Positions 47,309 through 57,093 of a DNA stretch of 64,000 nt are shown piece after piece. Each line of letters starts with the position of its first letter. The first letter of the stretch is position 1. The notes below the pieces were generated by a model. The model saw only the letters and a program-made list of their open reading frames with translations. It did no database searches and had not been told where the DNA came from. The position numbers and the translations under genes are program-made. The stretch is taken from the IMG/VR virus record IMGVR_UViG_3300031088_000735. One strand, written 5' to 3'. The DNA comes from a virus (Duplodnaviria; Heunggongvirae; Uroviricota; Caudoviricetes).

Positions 47309-48013
47309 ATGTTTAAGAAAGCCATCATCATTGCATTTGCCAGTTTAATCGTAGGTTGCTCGGCAAATAGTGTTAAAGCTCCAGTAGACGCAAAAGCCCC
47401 CGTTAATGGTCTGCAGAACTATAATGTTGCAGAAAGCAAGTCTGTTGCTGTTAATGGTAAAGAATTGCCATTCATTGCACTTCGCTTGAAAACTGAAACC
47501 ATCGTTTATGAAAACGGTAAAAAATTCAAGGATGCGGTGAATGATTATGGTAGTGCTGTTCAGTGGAATGCTGATTATGCCGTGACTGCCAAGCACAACA
47601 CCTTCGCAGAAAATTCTGTTTACAAATGTCAAGAAGGCTGTGACATTCAGTTTATCAAACGTAAGGCCACTGGTGAAGTTCCGGTTTGGCGTGAGATTGT
47701 TGCTTTGGAACAAATCACCTTTGTGGGTATTGACCAAAACGACAAATTGCAATCTAAAACAGGTTTTGACCTCAATACCACTGTAAAAACCATTCCAAAC
47801 AAGGCTATCAATGTTCACTTGGTATCCACAGCAACGCCGCGTGGCATGTCTGGTGGCCCAGCTTATGCAAATGATGGTGCTGCTGTTGGTATCCTGACAG
47901 GTGCTGTTTACTCTGATACCCCTGATGAAAAAGCTGTTCTGGTGGGTTACTCTGTTATCAAAGCAGAATGGGTTAAATTCCAAGCAGCTCAGTCCCAAGT
48001 GACTTTGAAGTAA
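47309..48013 (+). CDS. trypsin-like serine protease, lipoprotein
   Basis: lipobox LIVGC; VTAKH (His) and GMSGGP (Ser) motifs. Confidence 0.8.
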   Translation: MFKKAIIIAFASLIVGCSANSVKAPVDAKAPVNGLQNYNVAESKSVAVNGKELPFIALRLKTETIVYENGKKFKDAVNDYGSAVQWNADYAVTAKHNTFAENSVYKCQEGCDIQFIKRKATGEVPVWREIVALEQITFVGIDQNDKLQSKTGFDLNTTVKTIPNKAINVHLVSTATPRGMSGGPAYANDGAAVGILTGAVYSDTPDEKAVLVGYSVIKAEWVKFQAAQSQVTLK

Positions 48014-48136
48014 AGCAATCGGTATCAATAGACCGCCTTCGGGCGGTTTTTTTGTTATTAAAATTCTTGTTTTTGTTGTTTTTGATTGTTTTTTTTGCTA
48101 TACTTGAACCATCGAATGAAATCAAGGATTGCTGTC

Positions 48137-48451
48137 ATGACTGTTCATGAACATGTAGCTCAATTTCAACGTCAACAATTCTTGAATGGCGAATGCAGCC
48201 AAGTTCAATACTATGAACAGTTCATCACGCCTTCTGGTATCAAACTGGTTGTGGCGAGTGCTGTTTTCCAACACCTTGTTACGACCCACCCAACGAAACG
48301 GACAGATATCACCTTGTCAGGCTGGGAAGGTATTGGTACGCCCGTAGATGCTCGACAACTGTTGACTGAACGTGGTGACTGCTGGTCGTTGGCAACTTCG
48401 GTTGTTGTTAACAAAGCGATTGCGGCTCATCTTCTGGGGATTACCTCCTAG
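48137..48451 (+). CDS. hypothetical protein
   Basis: AAGGA SD before ATG 48137. Confidence 0.7.
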   Translation: MTVHEHVAQFQRQQFLNGECSQVQYYEQFITPSGIKLVVASAVFQHLVTTHPTKRTDITLSGWEGIGTPVDARQLLTERGDCWSLATSVVVNKAIAAHLLGITS

Positions 48452-48526
48452 TATTTTCTTTATATTTCCGTTGTTTTTTGAGACTGTTGGCGTTATAATA
48501 CCTCATCATTTAAAGGAGATTTTATT

Positions 48527-48754
48527 ATGCATCTTGCCGATATGACAATTTTGGATGGTCGTAATACTGGCCGTGGTCCTGTTCGTGATATTGAAGTTAA
48601 TTTCTTCAAAAATGATGAAGACAAATTTGAATGTTTTCAGTTTCTTTCGCGGGATGATGACGGTGGCAATAGTGTTGTGGTTCCTATCTCGCAGATTGAT
48701 AACTTGATGGCAATGCTTCAAAAAATCAAAGACCAACAAGCCAAAGAGGCATAA
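48527..48754 (+). CDS. hypothetical protein
   Basis: AAGGAG SD. Confidence 0.75.
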   Translation: MHLADMTILDGRNTGRGPVRDIEVNFFKNDEDKFECFQFLSRDDDGGNSVVVPISQIDNLMAMLQKIKDQQAKEA

Positions 48755-48760
48755 AAACTC

Positions 48761-48910
48761 ATGTATCATCTTGCTAATTTTCGAGTCTACAACAACGAAA
48801 CACTGACACCATCGACACCCGTGTTGGTGTGGTCGCGGGCCACTGGCTATTTCTTCACCACCGCCAGCGAAGTGTCTGGTCAACTCGTCGTTGTCGCCGT
48901 TTCTAACTAA
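48761..48910 (+). CDS. small hypothetical protein (49 aa)
   Basis: GAGG SD overlapping the previous gene end; not in ORF track. Confidence 0.5.
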   Translation: MYHLANFRVYNNETLTPSTPVLVWSRATGYFFTTASEVSGQLVVVAVSN

Positions 48911-48984
48911 CCTCTTATCGGTTAGATCTTGATGATTTTCAATGTTTTTGCTATAATCAAGGTCTAACTTACAGAGGTATCTCC

Positions 48985-49242
48985 ATGTCTATCGCAGAAA
49001 ACCCGCTCGCCAACCCCATTCTTCAAATCGACCCGATGATTCTCGACTTTATCAACAATCCTGTTGATTATTCGTTTCTACGCGATATCAAAGACACTCA
49101 AGTTTCCAAAGAGTCGCATGACTTTGTGCATAAGATCTTCATGGAACAGGTCAGTGACCCGACCAAACGTGTCAGCTTTAACAATTTCAAAGAAGCCTCC
49201 GATATTTTCAAATCAGCAATGGTCAGTTCCAAAAAACACTAA
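48985..49242 (+). CDS. hypothetical protein
   Basis: GAGGT SD. Confidence 0.75.
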   Translation: MSIAENPLANPILQIDPMILDFINNPVDYSFLRDIKDTQVSKESHDFVHKIFMEQVSDPTKRVSFNNFKEASDIFKSAMVSSKKH

Positions 49243-49249
49243 TTATTGT

Positions 49250-49281
49250 TTGCCAGTCTAATAAGCAACTGTTACACTGGC
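49250..49281 (+). promoter_or_regulatory. palindromic promoter/operator A1
   Basis: TTGCCA-17-TACACT embedded in GCCAGTCTAA-N10-TTACACTGGC. Confidence 0.65.
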
Positions 49282-49311
49282 ATTCTGTTTTATTGTTAGA
49301 GGTCTTTTGTT

Positions 49312-50346
49312 ATGGCTCTTATTCCTGCTAACCTTAATCGTCAAGGCTTGGCGAAGCTGACCACCAATCTCCGTTCCCTGATCGGTCGTGTAAAACGCTA
49401 TTACCCTCAGTTGACCTTTGACCTCACTGACCGCGAAGTGCTTGATCGCATTCATGCCACCGCTTCTGGTGAGCATTCGTATTGCGAAGTCACTGGTTAT
49501 AAGTTCAATGATATGGGGAATGTGTTTCTTATTCCGATCAACCCTTATATCAAAGGGATTGTGTCTATTAACCAAATCTTGATCGTTCATCAACAAACGG
49601 TGAATTTCTGGTTTGAGTTGCACAAAATTATCAAAGATACTCCAGAATTCATGGATGTGAATGATAGTCAGGCTCAATTGGTGTTGGTTCATGACGCCTT
49701 GCGGGCAAAAGTCAAAGAAACCAGCCTTTCACCAGACGCTGTAAATCATGCTCTGTTGATTGAACGGTCACTGATCACGCCTGAACGCATCATTCACTTG
49801 AAACACAACCAAGAGGCTTCAAAAGAGGCACTTTCCACCCCTTTGCCAGTCTTTAAGGCTTCTAACTTTGTGCGTAAACCTTGCTTTTACTCTGACCGGG
49901 CTATTCAACGCAAAATTGATATGTGCAAAGAACGCTCCACCAGTAAGGGTTTTACCTGCGATCTCACTTTTGAGAATGCTAAACACCTTTTCCATGTAAC
50001 ACACTGTCAATTGACGGGTTTGCCACTGGTCAAGGCCACTAAAACACAAGAAGACAACCCTTTTGGTTTCTCGATTGACCGCATCAACCGCTTTGAAGGT
50101 TACAATGTATCCAATATGTTGATTGTGGCTCATGAAGTCAACAAGATCAAATCCAAACTGGAATGGTCGAACTATACCGAAAGCGTTGAAAATCTTCGTG
50201 AGATCTTGACTAAGACCAAGGATATTATGCTGAAACGTCACGCACATGATAATCTTCATAATCGTCAGAAACCTTTGCCGATTGACACCATTATCAGCAA
50301 TTACCTTGCCAAATCTGAAAATCACAAAAAGTTCATTTTCAGTTAA
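49312..50346 (+). CDS. protein with tandem HNH/His-Me-like domains (phage Srd-like pattern)
   Basis: C-terminal KGFTCDLT...CQLTG...FSIDRIN..EGY...N..IV...VN.IKS; degenerate N-terminal repeat TFDLT...CEVTG. Confidence 0.55.
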   Translation: MALIPANLNRQGLAKLTTNLRSLIGRVKRYYPQLTFDLTDREVLDRIHATASGEHSYCEVTGYKFNDMGNVFLIPINPYIKGIVSINQILIVHQQTVNFWFELHKIIKDTPEFMDVNDSQAQLVLVHDALRAKVKETSLSPDAVNHALLIERSLITPERIIHLKHNQEASKEALSTPLPVFKASNFVRKPCFYSDRAIQRKIDMCKERSTSKGFTCDLTFENAKHLFHVTHCQLTGLPLVKATKTQEDNPFGFSIDRINRFEGYNVSNMLIVAHEVNKIKSKLEWSNYTESVENLREILTKTKDIMLKRHAHDNLHNRQKPLPIDTIISNYLAKSENHKKFIFS

Positions 50347-50369
50347 AACTTATTTTCGATGAATAGCGA

Positions 50370-50401
50370 TTGCTAGTGTAATGGGCAACTGTTATACTAG
50401 C
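50370..50401 (+). promoter_or_regulatory. palindromic promoter/operator A2
   Basis: TTGCTA-17-TATACT embedded in GCTAGTGTAA-N10-TTATACTAGC. Confidence 0.65.
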
Positions 50402-50426
50402 CTTCTAATCAATGGAGATCTCATTA

Positions 50427-50891
50427 ATGGGCAACTTCTCGTTTATTTCACAAAACAACAAAGAACCGCTGCTGAATCCGTGGCATGAACGCACCTTGTG
50501 CGAACTGCAGTTGATTTCGGATGGTAAGCTGGTTGAAATCATGCGTGGTGTCTACACCGGCTATGGGGCGGTTGATGTGGAAGATACCTTTCAACACGTC
50601 CTGTTGGTTGATGGTGTCTGGACGGATATCACTGAACAAACCAAGTCGAAAGCAACCAGTTGCGATGGTGATTACTGGGTGACCAAAACATGGGATGAGA
50701 TTAATGATACGTTCTATGATAGCTCAGTGAATGGAATTGCGGCTTGGCATCTCGCCTCAATGACCACCAGTGTTCCCCATGCCACTGAAAAAAGTGAAAT
50801 GGATATGAATCAAGGTGATCTCCATAATAACAATGAACCGGATGATGATTGGGATGAAGATGGAGAATATGAACGAAATAACTGGCTTTAA
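50427..50891 (+). CDS. hypothetical protein, acidic tail
   Basis: GGAG SD before ATG 50427. Confidence 0.75.
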   Translation: MGNFSFISQNNKEPLLNPWHERTLCELQLISDGKLVEIMRGVYTGYGAVDVEDTFQHVLLVDGVWTDITEQTKSKATSCDGDYWVTKTWDEINDTFYDSSVNGIAAWHLASMTTSVPHATEKSEMDMNQGDLHNNNEPDDDWDEDGEYERNNWL

Positions 50892-50963
50892 TTAAGTTTT
50901 AGTTTTTTCATTGTGGAAGCTTTCCATGTGTGCTATGATAAAGCATCACATCGGAGAGCTTTC

Positions 50964-51320
50964 ATGCATAATAAAATAACTCCTTTCCAGCTTGTCTCTT
51001 CAATCAAGAATTTTGGTGGATCTGACGCCAAGTTCAACGCCACCTTGGAACCCGCTTCTAAACGAGGATTTCAAGAATTTTCCAAAAAAAATCTCCATGA
51101 TATTGATGATTGCGTTCGGGAAGAAGCTGTTCTCAATTTCCTTCTTGACCGATTGTCCACCCTTCCAGAAGGATACTCACTGGTCATCGGTGGCAAAGAA
51201 AAAGCCATCTTTGAAATTGCCTTCAAAAAATTCCGTGACCGTATGGTGACTGTCGATGGTTGTGATATTGCTGTCTATGATAATGCTTATCAACAAATTC
51301 TAATGTTGATCAGTGAATAA
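50964..51320 (+). CDS. hypothetical protein
   Basis: GGAG SD before ATG 50964. Confidence 0.7.
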   Translation: MHNKITPFQLVSSIKNFGGSDAKFNATLEPASKRGFQEFSKKNLHDIDDCVREEAVLNFLLDRLSTLPEGYSLVIGGKEKAIFEIAFKKFRDRMVTVDGCDIAVYDNAYQQILMLISE

Positions 51321-51414
51321 TCATAAAATAAAGACATATTTATTGTGGTTTTTATTGCTGCAGTTTGATTAACTTGGTATAATGATTTCATCAAAACGAA
51401 CCGAGATAATCAGC

Positions 51415-51798
51415 ATGAATATTCAAGAAGCCATTCAAGCCATCAGCGAACTGTTCCCAAATCGCTATGTCAAAATCGTGGAATACACCAGCATCGGTGC
51501 ATCTTGCATTCAAGTGGAGTTTGCTAACGGCGATTCGTCAACGGCTCCTAACAACTACATCATGAACCACAATGCCCATATGCGTTTTTTCTGTTCGGCT
51601 GTTGATGCAAGCATTAAAGGTTCTGAAGCCCTTAATCATCCGCAAGATATGGAACGCATTGTTTCCCATTACAAATTGCGTGATGCAGGCTTGAAATACC
51701 GTAAAATCAAAGGCAAAAACGCTGGTGATGCTTTGGCTAAACTGGTTAAGTGGTTTGCGGCTAACCAAGCCGTGATCCTGAACGCTTCGGAACTCTAA
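51415..51798 (+). CDS. hypothetical protein
   Basis: start after CATCAAAACG promoter. Confidence 0.75.
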   Translation: MNIQEAIQAISELFPNRYVKIVEYTSIGASCIQVEFANGDSSTAPNNYIMNHNAHMRFFCSAVDASIKGSEALNHPQDMERIVSHYKLRDAGLKYRKIKGKNAGDALAKLVKWFAANQAVILNASEL

Positions 51799-51909
51799 CC
51801 TTTCAAGTTTTTAAAAAGCCCTCTTGTGAGGGTTTTTTGTTAACAACCTGTTGACCATAAAACTCATTTTTGATATAATTATCACATCAACCGACAATGA
51901 GGCTACACC

Positions 51910-52188
51910 ATGTCCCGTTATACGCTCAAACTGTTGAAAGAAGATCTGAAAGCTGTTAATGCCAAACTGGCCGGTTCTGGTTACTATCTGGTGGCTCAAA
52001 GCCGTAATGGTTACACCGTTGTTGATGAGTACAAAGGTGACATCAGCGAAGGTCATAGTGGCATTTGCGTCAACAACCTGCAGTGTGGTTCTCCCCGCGA
52101 CTGTATCGAAGCGGCTTACCACTACGAACCACGCGAAAACATCAAGAGCCTGAACGGCACTCAGAAAAGCCCTTTTGGCCCGATGTAA
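51910..52188 (+). CDS. hypothetical protein
   Basis: GAGG SD, promoter, terminator. Confidence 0.75.
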   Translation: MSRYTLKLLKEDLKAVNAKLAGSGYYLVAQSRNGYTVVDEYKGDISEGHSGICVNNLQCGSPRDCIEAAYHYEPRENIKSLNGTQKSPFGPM

Positions 52189-52299
52189 GTGGATTTCACT
52201 CAATAAAAAAGGGGCTTCGGCCTCTTTTTTGTTTACATAAAAACTCGTTTTTGCTATAATATCTTCATCAAATCATTCAGCTAGCACAGGCGATATTCG

Positions 52300-52770
52300 A
52301 TGAACGTTATCAAAAAGAACTTTTACCATATTCTGTTTTTTGTTGTCGGGGTTGTTCTTATCGCCTACGCTTTTAAGCTTTACGCTTTCGGTGTAGATTA
52401 CGAAACCAATGTCACTCACTCGGTTATGTTGGTGGACACTGCAAGCACAACCACCAAAGTCAAGCAAAACATTCATTACAACACTACTGGCTATTTTATC
52501 GAAAATTCAACAGGTAAAAAATTTCAAGCTCCTATTCAAGATAAGCTTTATCGTGAGTTTGAAGCCGGTGGTGATAAACCGATTGCGATGGAAAAGAATC
52601 TTAGCCAGTCGGAAATTAACCAAAGTGGTCGCGGCTTTTTAGCTTTCATTTTTAGCGTAATTTTCGTCCTTGTTGGCTCCATTTCTGTTCTTTGTGTAGC
52701 TCACAGTAAATTCAAGGAATACAAATTGAAAATCCAATATTTCTTTAAATATGGCAACCAAAACGAATAA
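52300..52770 (+). CDS. membrane protein (TM - beta domain - TM)
   Basis: two hydrophobic segments. Confidence 0.75.
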   Translation: MNVIKKNFYHILFFVVGVVLIAYAFKLYAFGVDYETNVTHSVMLVDTASTTTKVKQNIHYNTTGYFIENSTGKKFQAPIQDKLYREFEAGGDKPIAMEKNLSQSEINQSGRGFLAFIFSVIFVLVGSISVLCVAHSKFKEYKLKIQYFFKYGNQNE

Positions 52771-52807
52771 GGCTTGCAGTAGCCTGTCCATTTTGCTACA
52801 ATAACAC

Positions 52808-52860
52808 CATCGAAGCGGCAAGGGGCGAGCATCCAAATAAGCCTTTCCCCTTGTATCTGC
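52808..52860 (+). ncRNA. conserved structured 5' leader, copy 1
   Basis: CATCGAA-GCGG-CAAGGGG-CGAGC-loop-GCCTTT-CCCCTTG-TAT-CTGC directly after a -10 box. Confidence 0.7.
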
Positions 52861-52878
52861 CAACTTGGAAGTTATCTC

Positions 52879-53604
52879 ATGACTAATTATACAGAAGAAG
52901 AAAGAGAAATATCTCCTGCAGTTGGTCTTAAAGATTACTTTGTTCAAAAATTTACCAATCTTCAATTTGATTATGGTTTAACAACTTTGGGCATTTGCCG
53001 ATATCCGTTAGATTCTAAAGGTAATCGAATTGTTGAAACTCTTGAATATTGTCCACATACATTTGGTTTAGACGGCGGTTCCGCTGATAAATCTGAAACT
53101 ATCGTTCAAATAACCCACTACAAGTGTGACACTCCTAATTCAGTTTATTTTATATTAAATCCTGAGATTATTGATGTTTATTCAAATCATTTCGACTTGG
53201 ATTGTGAGAATATTAGTTCTTTTGTAAATAGAATCAAACAGCATATGGAATTGATTAATAAAGTGAGTCCTGCAGATGACTTTAAATCAGTTAACTGTGC
53301 TCAATTCAATGTTTTTTTCAATTTTAAATATGACCACACTGTTAAAAAGATCTTTCGAATTGCAAACATTGCTTTTTATCCAATTTCAGGTCATGATAAA
53401 AGGGTTGTGTTCACTGCGACCCATAACACATTACAAACCATGTCTAGCTTGCGAAAAATGGATATTGAATTTTTTAACCGCTACTATAAGCATAAAATAC
53501 AGGAAGCCATGCCAGATCTTGGCTTCGACAAAGTTTATGACCTGATTAACCTTGATAATTGGTCAGAATCTTTAAAATCACTTGTTAAAATGAGCTATTA
53601 TTGA
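52879..53604 (+). CDS. AT-rich hypothetical protein
   Basis: 241 aa ORF downstream of leader copy 1. Confidence 0.75.
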   Translation: MTNYTEEEREISPAVGLKDYFVQKFTNLQFDYGLTTLGICRYPLDSKGNRIVETLEYCPHTFGLDGGSADKSETIVQITHYKCDTPNSVYFILNPEIIDVYSNHFDLDCENISSFVNRIKQHMELINKVSPADDFKSVNCAQFNVFFNFKYDHTVKKIFRIANIAFYPISGHDKRVVFTATHNTLQTMSSLRKMDIEFFNRYYKHKIQEAMPDLGFDKVYDLINLDNWSESLKSLVKMSYY

Positions 53605-53661
53605 TATAATTGCCTCACAAACGAAGACTATAAAAGCCCGAACAAGCCAGAGGACAAATAA

Positions 53662-54060
53662 ATGAATCGAATTCAAAAGTTTAACCGTGCCCTGTTGAAA
53701 GCCATTGCTGCAAAAAAAATCGTTGTTGCTGACCGTAACAGTGGGGCAATCCGTGAAGCTATCGTAAAATTCAGCTTTTCTCATGATGGTCAAACTCACT
53801 TTTTCGCCCTGTCGTCGGAGCGGACTGCTCCCGGTCTGGAACTGTTGGGCTACGACGCCCCACCAAAACTGACTCTGGTGGCTTACAATGCTTCCTTTAC
53901 CAGTGGCACCCATGAAGACCTGCCAGAAGGCGTTGACGCTTCGGCCATCAAATACATCGAATCTTACTCGGTTATCTCCGAAGAAGACGCGGTAAAGGCT
54001 CGTGAAGTGTTGGCGGAAGCCTTTAACCGCTTCAATGTCGAAATGTGCCTGCCACACTAA
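53662..54060 (+). CDS. hypothetical protein
   Basis: GAGGA SD, terminator. Confidence 0.8.
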   Translation: MNRIQKFNRALLKAIAAKKIVVADRNSGAIREAIVKFSFSHDGQTHFFALSSERTAPGLELLGYDAPPKLTLVAYNASFTSGTHEDLPEGVDASAIKYIESYSVISEEDAVKAREVLAEAFNRFNVEMCLPH

Positions 54061-54081
54061 AACTGTATACCGTTTAATACT

Positions 54082-54101
54082 GGGGCTTCGGCCCCTTTTT
54101 T
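54082..54101 (+). terminator. intrinsic terminator
   Basis: GGGGC-TTCG-GCCCC + T run. Confidence 0.9.
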
Positions 54102-54182
54102 GTTTTCTTTGAAATAGTGGTTGTTTCAAAAACTCATTTTTGTTATACTTTTCTTATCGAAACCAGTTTAGGCGACATTAAA

Positions 54183-54557
54183 ATGCTCTTGTTGAACATG
54201 CTAGTCAAGCATATGGAAAATAATGCAGTTATCATCAACTCATTAGAATCCTATTCGAATTGGTTTTCTGCTGATTCAAGCAATGTATCCCATGTCAAGG
54301 TGGGTGAAACCTTGGAGCGTCTTTCCTATGCTGATGTCAGCGTTCTTGAACAAATCATCAGTGTTAATGGCAAAGCTCGTTTTGAGAAAAAAGACGATAT
54401 CGATGGTTCAATTGAAACCCGCGTATTGATTTGGTTTATGTTCAAATTCGAACAAGACGGTCGCCAGATTAAAGTCAGTAATCTTTCGCTGGGCACGTCT
54501 TTTATGGCTAGTAGCATGACCGCCGCACGCCGAATTATTCGAGAAAATTACAGATAA
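54183..54557 (+). CDS. hypothetical protein
   Basis: start reassigned to ATG 54183. Confidence 0.65.
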   Translation: MLLLNMLVKHMENNAVIINSLESYSNWFSADSSNVSHVKVGETLERLSYADVSVLEQIISVNGKARFEKKDDIDGSIETRVLIWFMFKFEQDGRQIKVSNLSLGTSFMASSMTAARRIIRENYR

Positions 54558-54560
54558 TTC

Positions 54561-54604
54561 TTGCTCGAAAAACTCATTTTTGGTATACTTATCCCATCAA
54601 AACG
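54561..54604 (+). promoter_or_regulatory. sigma70-type promoter with conserved spacer and +1 motif
   Basis: TTGCTC-GAAAAACTCATTTTTGG-TATACT-TAT-CCCATCAAAACG. Confidence 0.8.
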
Positions 54605-54626
54605 AGATAAAACAGGAAATCTCAAC

Positions 54627-54890
54627 ATGGCTAAGCTTATCCTCACCGCCCTCGAACAAGCCGTAATGTCCAACATGAACGCTTTCGGGGCTAGCCAAGT
54701 TATCCCTCAAAAAATGATTGCTAATGGCACTGCTGCTATCAAAAGCACGCAAGTGAGTGCTGTTATCAACAACATGATCGGCAAAGGTCTTGTAACCCGT
54801 CAAACCGACTTGTTTGGCACTAACGTTGCCTTTACTCGCTCGGGTAAAATCCAAAGCACCAAACTGATGAAATCCCGTTTGGCCGCTTAA
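54627..54890 (+). CDS. winged-helix protein, paralog 3 (short)
   Basis: LTALEQAV..N...QVSAVINNMIGKGLV. Confidence 0.6.
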   Translation: MAKLILTALEQAVMSNMNAFGASQVIPQKMIANGTAAIKSTQVSAVINNMIGKGLVTRQTDLFGTNVAFTRSGKIQSTKLMKSRLAA

Positions 54891-54914
54891 TCAATTTCGT
54901 TTGGAGGTTTGTCC

Positions 54915-55190
54915 ATGAAAGTTATCATTGCTGGCAATGTTACTCACGAAATTAAAGTGACCCGTATCAAGCCAAAACTCTGGGGTGTTCGTTGTTTTAC
55001 CAATGGCATACTTAATCAAGAAATTCAAGTTCAATGCAAAGCGGATGTTGGCGTTGCAGCGGCTGAAATGCTTCGTCTTGAAGATAAGTGCGGCAATCAC
55101 TCCGATCAAGCATCGGCAAGCCGTGAACGCTTCAACAAAGGCCCAAAATGGCGGGCTTACCAACGGCCATCGAAAACAATTAAGGTTTAA
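54915..55190 (+). CDS. hypothetical protein
   Basis: GGAGG SD. Confidence 0.75.
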   Translation: MKVIIAGNVTHEIKVTRIKPKLWGVRCFTNGILNQEIQVQCKADVGVAAAEMLRLEDKCGNHSDQASASRERFNKGPKWRAYQRPSKTIKV

Positions 55191-55235
55191 TTCAAAATCC
55201 CTTGTTTTTGATTGAGTATTTTAGTATAATTAACC

Positions 55236-55288
55236 CATCGAAGCGGCAAGGGGCGAGCATTCAAGTAAGCCTTTCCCCTTGTTTCTGC
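55236..55288 (+). ncRNA. conserved structured 5' leader, copy 2
   Basis: TATAAT at 55225 then CATCGAAGCGGCAAGGGGCGAGC...GCCTTTCCCCTTGTTTCTGC. Confidence 0.7.
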
Positions 55289-55317
55289 ACTCTTAATATC
55301 AGCGAATGGATTGACTC

Positions 55318-55866
55318 ATGACTAATCAAAAGAAAGACACTCCAAGTCAGTTCCGTAAGCGGTTTAAAGATTATCGCGGGCATTATGTTCGTGTGGTCGA
55401 TGTTGACTTACAACAAATTGAAAAACTCATTTCCAATCATTATGTCGCAATGGGCCTTAGCTGGAATGAGGTGGACATTGCTGTTGATTTCTTCAACAAG
55501 CAACTCAAATCGTTCATTTACAAAAATATGAGCGAAAACCACCATCAGCGAGCTTCTATCAAGTCTCTGGACTTCTGGATCTACTATGTTCCAAACGGTT
55601 CAGGTAAAGCCGTTGTGTCGGTTCAATCCGAAAGCATCAAAGACTTCCTGAAACCAGCTCTCTACTATGCTGGCATGGCTTACCAAGAATATGGGGATGA
55701 TCAAGAGGCTGTATTGAAATTGGCTACTGACAGCTTTGACAGGAGCCATGCAGACGCAGCAAAATTTGCTGACGCTGAACGCCTTCATGATGAAAACGAA
55801 GCCCTGAAACGTCGTGTGGCGTGGCTTGAAAAACAGTTGTGCGGCATTGATTTCAAAGAAATTTGA
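55318..55866 (+). CDS. hypothetical protein, C-terminal coiled coil
   Basis: 182 aa ORF downstream of leader copy 2. Confidence 0.75.
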   Translation: MTNQKKDTPSQFRKRFKDYRGHYVRVVDVDLQQIEKLISNHYVAMGLSWNEVDIAVDFFNKQLKSFIYKNMSENHHQRASIKSLDFWIYYVPNGSGKAVVSVQSESIKDFLKPALYYAGMAYQEYGDDQEAVLKLATDSFDRSHADAAKFADAERLHDENEALKRRVAWLEKQLCGIDFKEI

Positions 55867-55938
55867 AATAATGCTTGCCTATAAATCTGTTTTTTGGTAA
55901 ACTTATCCCATCAAAACAGAAACCGAAAGGGATACATC

Positions 55939-56403
55939 ATGGAAAGCATCATCAAGTTCGAAGAAGGCAAAACCTACGCTACTCCTTCGATTTGTGACTC
56001 ATCCTATATGGTGACTGCGACTGTTATCAAACGCACCGCTAAACGTGTCACTTTCACCATGAAAGGTGAAAGCAAACCTATCACCAAAGGTATTGGCATC
56101 TACGAGGGGAAAGAATTCTTCTATCCTAACGGTCAATACAGCATGTGTGCCATTTTGCGTGCGGATGATGTCGTTGACAGCGTAGAAGCATCGTCAGCCC
56201 CTGTTACTGCCCCTATCGAATCGAAAGTGTTGTTCGAGAATGGCGAAACGCTGGCTGACCTGTTTGAAGAAGGTAAAGAGCTTTTCACGCAAGAACAAAT
56301 CGACGGCATCAAAACCGCTTTGGCTGGCCTCTTGTTTGGTGAAGCTTGCATACCTGAACGACCAACCGCCAAAATCTACAACCTTGCAGACTACCGCCGT
56401 TAA
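55939..56403 (+). CDS. hypothetical protein
   Basis: AGGGA SD before ATG 55939; biased codons. Confidence 0.75.
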   Translation: MESIIKFEEGKTYATPSICDSSYMVTATVIKRTAKRVTFTMKGESKPITKGIGIYEGKEFFYPNGQYSMCAILRADDVVDSVEASSAPVTAPIESKVLFENGETLADLFEEGKELFTQEQIDGIKTALAGLLFGEACIPERPTAKIYNLADYRR

Positions 56404-56487
56404 TTCGGTGGTTTTCTTTTTAAAAATATTGTTTTTGTTTGGGTGTTTTGTTATAATCACTCTACCAACTCGATAAAGGTTAACGCC

Positions 56488-56919
56488 ATGAGCAATTATC
56501 CTGACAACACTGAAACTGACACTAAACTTTTTCAGATTCGTTTTCATAATGTCTATATGGGTGATGTATGGGCAGAAGATGCATCTGCTGCCCTTGCGAA
56601 AGCACAGGAACTTTACCCAGATGTTCCTAAACACCTTTTCGAAATGAAGTTTTCAGGGAATCTTTATCCAGTGAAAAAATTGACCATCAAGGACATTTGC
56701 ACAGTTCTTGATGAACGCAACGTTCTTTATCATGCTCCTATTGGTGATGAATGCCAGTTGATTCTTTCGAGCAGTTCCGACATCATCGAAGGTGGCTATG
56801 GTAATGGTGATGACCGTTGGGATCTCTATGTGCGAGCCACCAAAACCAAGCCAAGCCAGTTGTTTGTTTTCAAAGATCTGGCTGAATTGTCGGTTCTCCT
56901 TGATGCTGTTCAAGCTTAA
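56488..56919 (+). CDS. hypothetical protein
   Basis: AAGGT SD before ATG 56488; terminator. Confidence 0.75.
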   Translation: MSNYPDNTETDTKLFQIRFHNVYMGDVWAEDASAALAKAQELYPDVPKHLFEMKFSGNLYPVKKLTIKDICTVLDERNVLYHAPIGDECQLILSSSSDIIEGGYGNGDDRWDLYVRATKTKPSQLFVFKDLAELSVLLDAVQA

Positions 56920-57093
56920 TCGCTGTCGGCTTAACAACCCTTATTAATAATGACCCGCTTCGGCGGGTTTTTTGATCGATTATTTTTCTATTCATGATGT
57001 TTTTTTTAAATAAATGTTGTTTTGGTTGTTCTTCTTTGGTATACTTATCCCATCAAAACGAAACAACACAATCAAACAGTTAGGAGATACAAC

